This document shows, piece after piece, positions 45,001-48,160 of a stretch of DNA of 48,160 bases. The first letter of the stretch is position 1. Each line of letters begins with the position of its first letter. The notes beneath the pieces were generated by a model, which ran no database searches, had not been told where the DNA came from, and saw only the letters and a program-made list of their open reading frames with translations. Both the position numbers and the translations under genes were made by a program. Source of the DNA: a virus (lineage: Duplodnaviria; Caudoviricetes); the IMG/VR virus record IMGVR_UViG_3300037422_000690, positions 1 to 48,160 of that record; one strand, written 5' to 3'.

Positions 45001-45406
45001 CATCCACGGCAACTCGCCGATCAAGGTGAACAACTACACGACCAGCTTCATCGACGGCCGCATCCGCATCCTGAGCGGTGAGCAGGTGGACCTGATCGTG
45101 GAGGGCGTGATCGGCATTGAGAGCGACGCCGTCCCGCCAGTCTATCTGCGCCAGGCGACCAGCATCCGGGACATCTACGCTTACTGCAAGACCGCTCCCC
45201 AGGGCGGCAACATCAACGCCGTGGTGAAGGTCGCCGGCATCGCGATCGGCACGGTGGTCATCAACGACGGCCAGACGTTCCCGGCGAACGTGATCGACGG
45301 CAAGGACCTGCCGGCCATCCAGCCGACTCAGTCGATCACGCTCGACATCACAGCCGTCGGCAGTACCTTTCCCGGTGAGCGCCTGGTGGTCAGCATTCGG
45401 TTGTGA
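42050..45406 (+). CDS. Multidomain tail tip/baseplate hub protein (gpJ-like) with N-terminal Dit-like domain
   Basis: 1118 aa; N-term LRDFWENQYGPFGAFHYD; central CWK..CPF..CDK..C cluster; LTNPVW; TEPGMVCSMTHP. Confidence 0.8.
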   Translation: MSDTLGRVPVPEIVIAGVFPITSDFPHGRAHAPQVVVHPFGSANAKIEQRLLLGTGAKRFTLRRSRLRESERIALRDFWENQYGPFGAFHYDAPNDDGNGTTRYACRFENEPLSWEMVSDFVCSLGVTLVEIPTSSPTYTLNATLSRFPSSELSAALLAQVQQLIPLVKIQPLEAGYPAIHVSDRRCTVGGQLYQARLVDFDGISQSLGNQADEAHFIFGNADRVMRELANDVDLFRGSIEFSLFHVAAGIKLDLWKGDIVDWSFDSGPEFRVQAADGIYELNLPYPTRRISRTCWKHFDDGLGCPFSQQGGLDLVHFPTANLTECDKGYETPNGCLAHGMKRYFGGLLAEPQGVRIRDNSTGTWGFGRSSITSVSLVADSIYDEVLPEIYTDSDMPVNSKIAAGRDESDFYDALGIVGEGPLGAFGTGHKLDGQFHHGYPGPLGLRTALGTDPAGATDFFSLGQSGDQTGGDWRKVFSGASTYRDNFAAGTAFIELRRSDPKGLQPSRLGEHQMQAVVNQGLSGWVWSTPGVRSQQVLTNPVWIVINTLLRARGLRFADTATGEQYFDVNAAIAAAAICDQQVAKLIGAGAETQFKFRGILQEEKPLRDWIQEVLMNCLGYYTFAFGKLKVGIRVNSSVIEAFTVGNILFESLQLAPLRPSFNHLTANFADEEFEFVNNSITLYDIDQAKLIGGATSPLFLKSNVNLSGAASKSQAGRIITARLREELGGIVPAEWKAARQINFRTTVLALNTEPGMVCSMTHPDMPGGSGEFRVTSWRLNKDFSIDIQGRTTTDSMYDLVVGPKPADVPASPVPVEPGLTDNAAPPEPGFGIAPQDGVLLLAGVGFQDLTNTKTISTLTFTVWHFDETAPAQTTLAAPTFASSDTLTAASLASFTAGDLALLDTEIVKLVSINGATAQIERAQKGSTAADHAAGAKLIRLDKTIFVYNVPRNFFGTPESGAWEAREPFRSMAVCAVELYVTNIHGNSPIKVNNYTTSFIDGRIRILSGEQVDLIVEGVIGIESDAVPPVYLRQATSIRDIYAYCKTAPQGGNINAVVKVAGIAIGTVVINDGQTFPANVIDGKDLPAIQPTQSITLDITAVGSTFPGERLVVSIRL

Positions 45407-45409
45407 GCC

Positions 45410-48160
45410 ATGGAGCAAATCAAAAAACTCCAGCCTACGCGCACGATTCACCTCCAAGGCTTCAGCGACTTCGGCGCCGCCGCGGCGCTGCACTCCGCAA
45501 CAGAGACCAGTTTCAAGGTCTCCGGCGTCTTTCGGGACGCGGCTGACTTCTGCGTCCTGGTCCTCTGGGACCGCGACGACTTGTTCGGCCACCCGCGCTT
45601 CTCCTACTTGCCCGAAGGGGACTTCTCCGGCATCACCCTCACCTTCGACCTCAATTACCAGAACCTCCAGCCCATCGACTCGCCCAAGTTCGCCACCATC
45701 GATTGGCCGTACCTGAACTGCCTCAAGACGGACGGTACCCTGGTCCAGCTCCGCCTGTTCGACCGCGCCACCCAGGTTGGCGGGACGTACACTGCGGCCA
45801 GCGGGAGCTTCACGCTCGTCGACAACGGCCTGCAGCCGTATGACCGCGTAACGCTCTGGTATCAGAACCTGGCGTTCGACTACATCGTGCCGGACCCTGC
45901 GACCGGCGTGACAGCCGCAAACATCGTGGCCAACATCCGCGACCAGATCAACAGCACCAACTGGCCCGCGCTCGGCGTGTTGATCCCGCTGTCGGCTACA
46001 GCCTCGGGCAACCAGATCACGATCAGCGCCCAGCGGGCCGGCTACGACGGCAACATGATCCGGCTGTACGAGCTGCACAAGAACACGAACCTATACTTCA
46101 CGCACTCGGTCGCGCAGCTCGCGGGCGGGTCTTCGGACGCCACTTGGCGCATCACGATCAACTTCTCGACCGAGGGGCTCACCGACCTGCAGAAGATCTG
46201 GCTGACGTTCGCGCCTAAGCTGGCCGACTCTGCGGCCTATCAAGATCAGGAATGGGAGGCGATCTTCACCAACTGGTCCGTCAGCGACCCGCAGGGAAAG
46301 CGCCTGTTGAAGGTCGCCGGCCCGCTATCGGTGCGGATCGAGGAGAACGATGCCTGGGTTCTCTACAGCGGCTTCTGGGAGTGGGCGCCAGCGCAGTTCT
46401 GGAGCCAAGGCCGAGCGCGGCGGGGTGCGCAAGCGAACGCCACAGCGACCGTTGAGACCCACTGCAATGCCGTCCACGACATCTACCTCGGCACCCGGCT
46501 CGACTTCGACTGCGGGATCGTCGAGGTGCGGCTCGATGGTGGGTCTTTGGTGCAACTCGACTGCTACGAGCCGGCGGCCAAAGCCCGGCAGGTCCGCCGC
46601 AAGGTTTTCTCGAGCGTCCCCGCTGGCCAGCACTCGGTCGAGATCCGGCTGACTGGGACCAAGAACGCCGCCAGCCAGGGCTTCTACTACTACTTCGACT
46701 TCGTGGGGTGTGCCGTTCCCTCGGACGTTCCCGACGCGCCCGAGCTGCACACGGACGTCGCCGTCGCCTGCGACTACGGCACGGATCATACCTACAAGCT
46801 GTCGCCGCAACGCTTGATCTGGGCCATTCGCAAGCTCGGCCTGATCGGAGAGGTCAACCACTACGTGTCGGTCTTCTGGTGGAATCAGCGGAAGCGCTCC
46901 GGCGGCTTTTTCCCGAGCGTCACTGCCAGCTATGGCGGCACCTGGGCCGGCGGTGACGAGGCCTTCCTGACCATCGGAGGCACCACCATCGGGAAAAGCG
47001 TCTTCCCGGCGGATACCGCCTCGACCATCGCCGCCCACTTCGCCTACTACATCAACGAGGTCTTCGTGGGCGTCTGGGCCCAGGCCTCCGGCGGCGTGCT
47101 CACGATCACGGTCCGCTCACCGGCGCCCGCCTACTCGTTCAGTTTCTCCGAATCCCATACCTCGGTAGGCGGCACCGTGACGGTGTCCGGCTCCCTCACC
47201 GGCGGCGTCATGGGCAACTGGGTGATCGACGACACCATCACCCCGGCTCTCAACCGCGCCGCCCGTGACTGGCACCGGAACCACTTTGCCGAGCTCCTCG
47301 CCAACAGCATGACCTGCGTGGCAGCCTTCTCCCAGGAGCTGGTCCTGCCGCCTGACAACTCACCATCCGCGGTCTGGGTCCAGCGCTACCCGGACGGCCA
47401 GCCGGTCGAAACAGCCGCCGGCTTTGGTAACAAGAACTCCTCCCACTGCGCGTTCGCGCCGCCGTTCCGCGACTACATCAAGAAGGCCTACGAAGAGATG
47501 GCCGGCCACATGGAAGCCAATGGCCTGACCGCCCGGCTCCAGTTCGGCGAGGTGCTCTGGTGGTACTTTCCCAACGCCTCCGGCATGGCCTTCTACGACG
47601 CCGACACAACTGCCCGCTTCCAGACTCAGTACGGACGCCCGTTGTACACGTTTCTGACGTCGAACGACGATCCCGCGGTCAACAGCTACATCGACGCCAC
47701 CTTCCTGCGCCAGACCGTGAAGGACCACGTGGATGCGATCCGGTCTTACGTTCTCGCCTCGCATCCGAACGCCAAGTTCGAAATCCTCTGGCCGCTGGAC
47801 GTAAACGACCCTGCCACCCGCCAGCTCAACCGCTACATCAACCTGCCCCTCGAGTGGGAAACGAAGACCGGCTCCGGCTTCGACACATTCCTGATCGAGG
47901 GCTTCCAGTTCGCGGGCATTGACCGCAACCTTGACAGGGTCCGCTGGATGACGGGCTACCCGTTCGAAGTCCTCTCGTGGTCCCGCTCCGACTGCCGCTA
48001 TCTGATGGGTCTCTTCAACGCTGGCTGGCCCTGGGAGCGCGACTACCTGGCGGGCAGGCGCTCCAGGGTCCCGCTCATCAAGATCTGGGCGTACGACCAT
48101 CTGTGCCTGTTTGGTCGCGCCGTTCCTCTCCCGTTCGAAAGTCACACTTTCCGGCAATGA
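45410..48160 (+). CDS. Tail-associated protein with carbohydrate-binding-like module and C-terminal hydrolase-like domain
   Basis: 916 aa ending in TGA at 48158-48160; WVLYSGFW..GIVEVRLDG..GQHSVEIRLTGTKNAAS..FDF jelly-roll pattern; QFGEVLWW in the C-terminal domain. Confidence 0.72.
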   Translation: MEQIKKLQPTRTIHLQGFSDFGAAAALHSATETSFKVSGVFRDAADFCVLVLWDRDDLFGHPRFSYLPEGDFSGITLTFDLNYQNLQPIDSPKFATIDWPYLNCLKTDGTLVQLRLFDRATQVGGTYTAASGSFTLVDNGLQPYDRVTLWYQNLAFDYIVPDPATGVTAANIVANIRDQINSTNWPALGVLIPLSATASGNQITISAQRAGYDGNMIRLYELHKNTNLYFTHSVAQLAGGSSDATWRITINFSTEGLTDLQKIWLTFAPKLADSAAYQDQEWEAIFTNWSVSDPQGKRLLKVAGPLSVRIEENDAWVLYSGFWEWAPAQFWSQGRARRGAQANATATVETHCNAVHDIYLGTRLDFDCGIVEVRLDGGSLVQLDCYEPAAKARQVRRKVFSSVPAGQHSVEIRLTGTKNAASQGFYYYFDFVGCAVPSDVPDAPELHTDVAVACDYGTDHTYKLSPQRLIWAIRKLGLIGEVNHYVSVFWWNQRKRSGGFFPSVTASYGGTWAGGDEAFLTIGGTTIGKSVFPADTASTIAAHFAYYINEVFVGVWAQASGGVLTITVRSPAPAYSFSFSESHTSVGGTVTVSGSLTGGVMGNWVIDDTITPALNRAARDWHRNHFAELLANSMTCVAAFSQELVLPPDNSPSAVWVQRYPDGQPVETAAGFGNKNSSHCAFAPPFRDYIKKAYEEMAGHMEANGLTARLQFGEVLWWYFPNASGMAFYDADTTARFQTQYGRPLYTFLTSNDDPAVNSYIDATFLRQTVKDHVDAIRSYVLASHPNAKFEILWPLDVNDPATRQLNRYINLPLEWETKTGSGFDTFLIEGFQFAGIDRNLDRVRWMTGYPFEVLSWSRSDCRYLMGLFNAGWPWERDYLAGRRSRVPLIKIWAYDHLCLFGRAVPLPFESHTFRQ

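Larger units (their letters stand above)
4895..48160 (+). mobile_element. Lambda-like (siphovirus-type) prophage; boundaries not resolved
   Basis: Colinear replication, packaging, head and tail modules. No integrase or att site seen in the window; the element continues past the right edge and the left limit may include fic and the GHKL operon. Confidence 0.93.

Noticed and set aside
33438-48160. Contractile tail, tailocin or gene transfer agent
   Set aside because: No sheath or baseplate wedge genes recognised; full replication module and cos-type terminase indicate a prophage.
38600-48160. Diversity-generating retroelement or invertible fibre cassette
   Set aside because: No reverse transcriptase, invertase or TR/VR-like repeat pair seen in the window; could lie beyond the right edge.

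Overview
GC-rich window made up almost entirely of one lambda-like, non-contractile-tail prophage (about 4.9 kb to the window end), probably from an Acidobacteria-like host (inference only). Gene order: two uncharacterised regulatory-position genes, excisionase-like HTH, sigma-70-like protein, a recombination/replication block (PD-(D/E)XK nuclease, AAA_24/Sak4-like ATPase, DUF669-like SSB, ERCC4 nuclease, RecD2-like helicase, primase-VirE fusion), an iteron-rich putative origin, a repeat cluster that may be the packaging site, HNH-AP2 endonuclease, two small-terminase-like paralogs bracketing two ParB-methyltransferases and a small regulatory island (AT-hook protein plus orphan C-protein-like HTH), gpA terminase, head genes, tail genes with a -1 frameshift chaperone, tape measure, and tail-tip/lysis-like genes. 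To the left lie a class II Fic gene and a two-gene minus-strand operon (RHH/wHTH-like protein plus a GHKL/MORC-like ATPase that runs off the window and is absent from the ORF track), the best candidate for an undescribed defence-type system. No integrase, tRNA, rRNA, CRISPR array or reverse transcriptase was seen. All family calls come from motif recognition by eye, not database searches.
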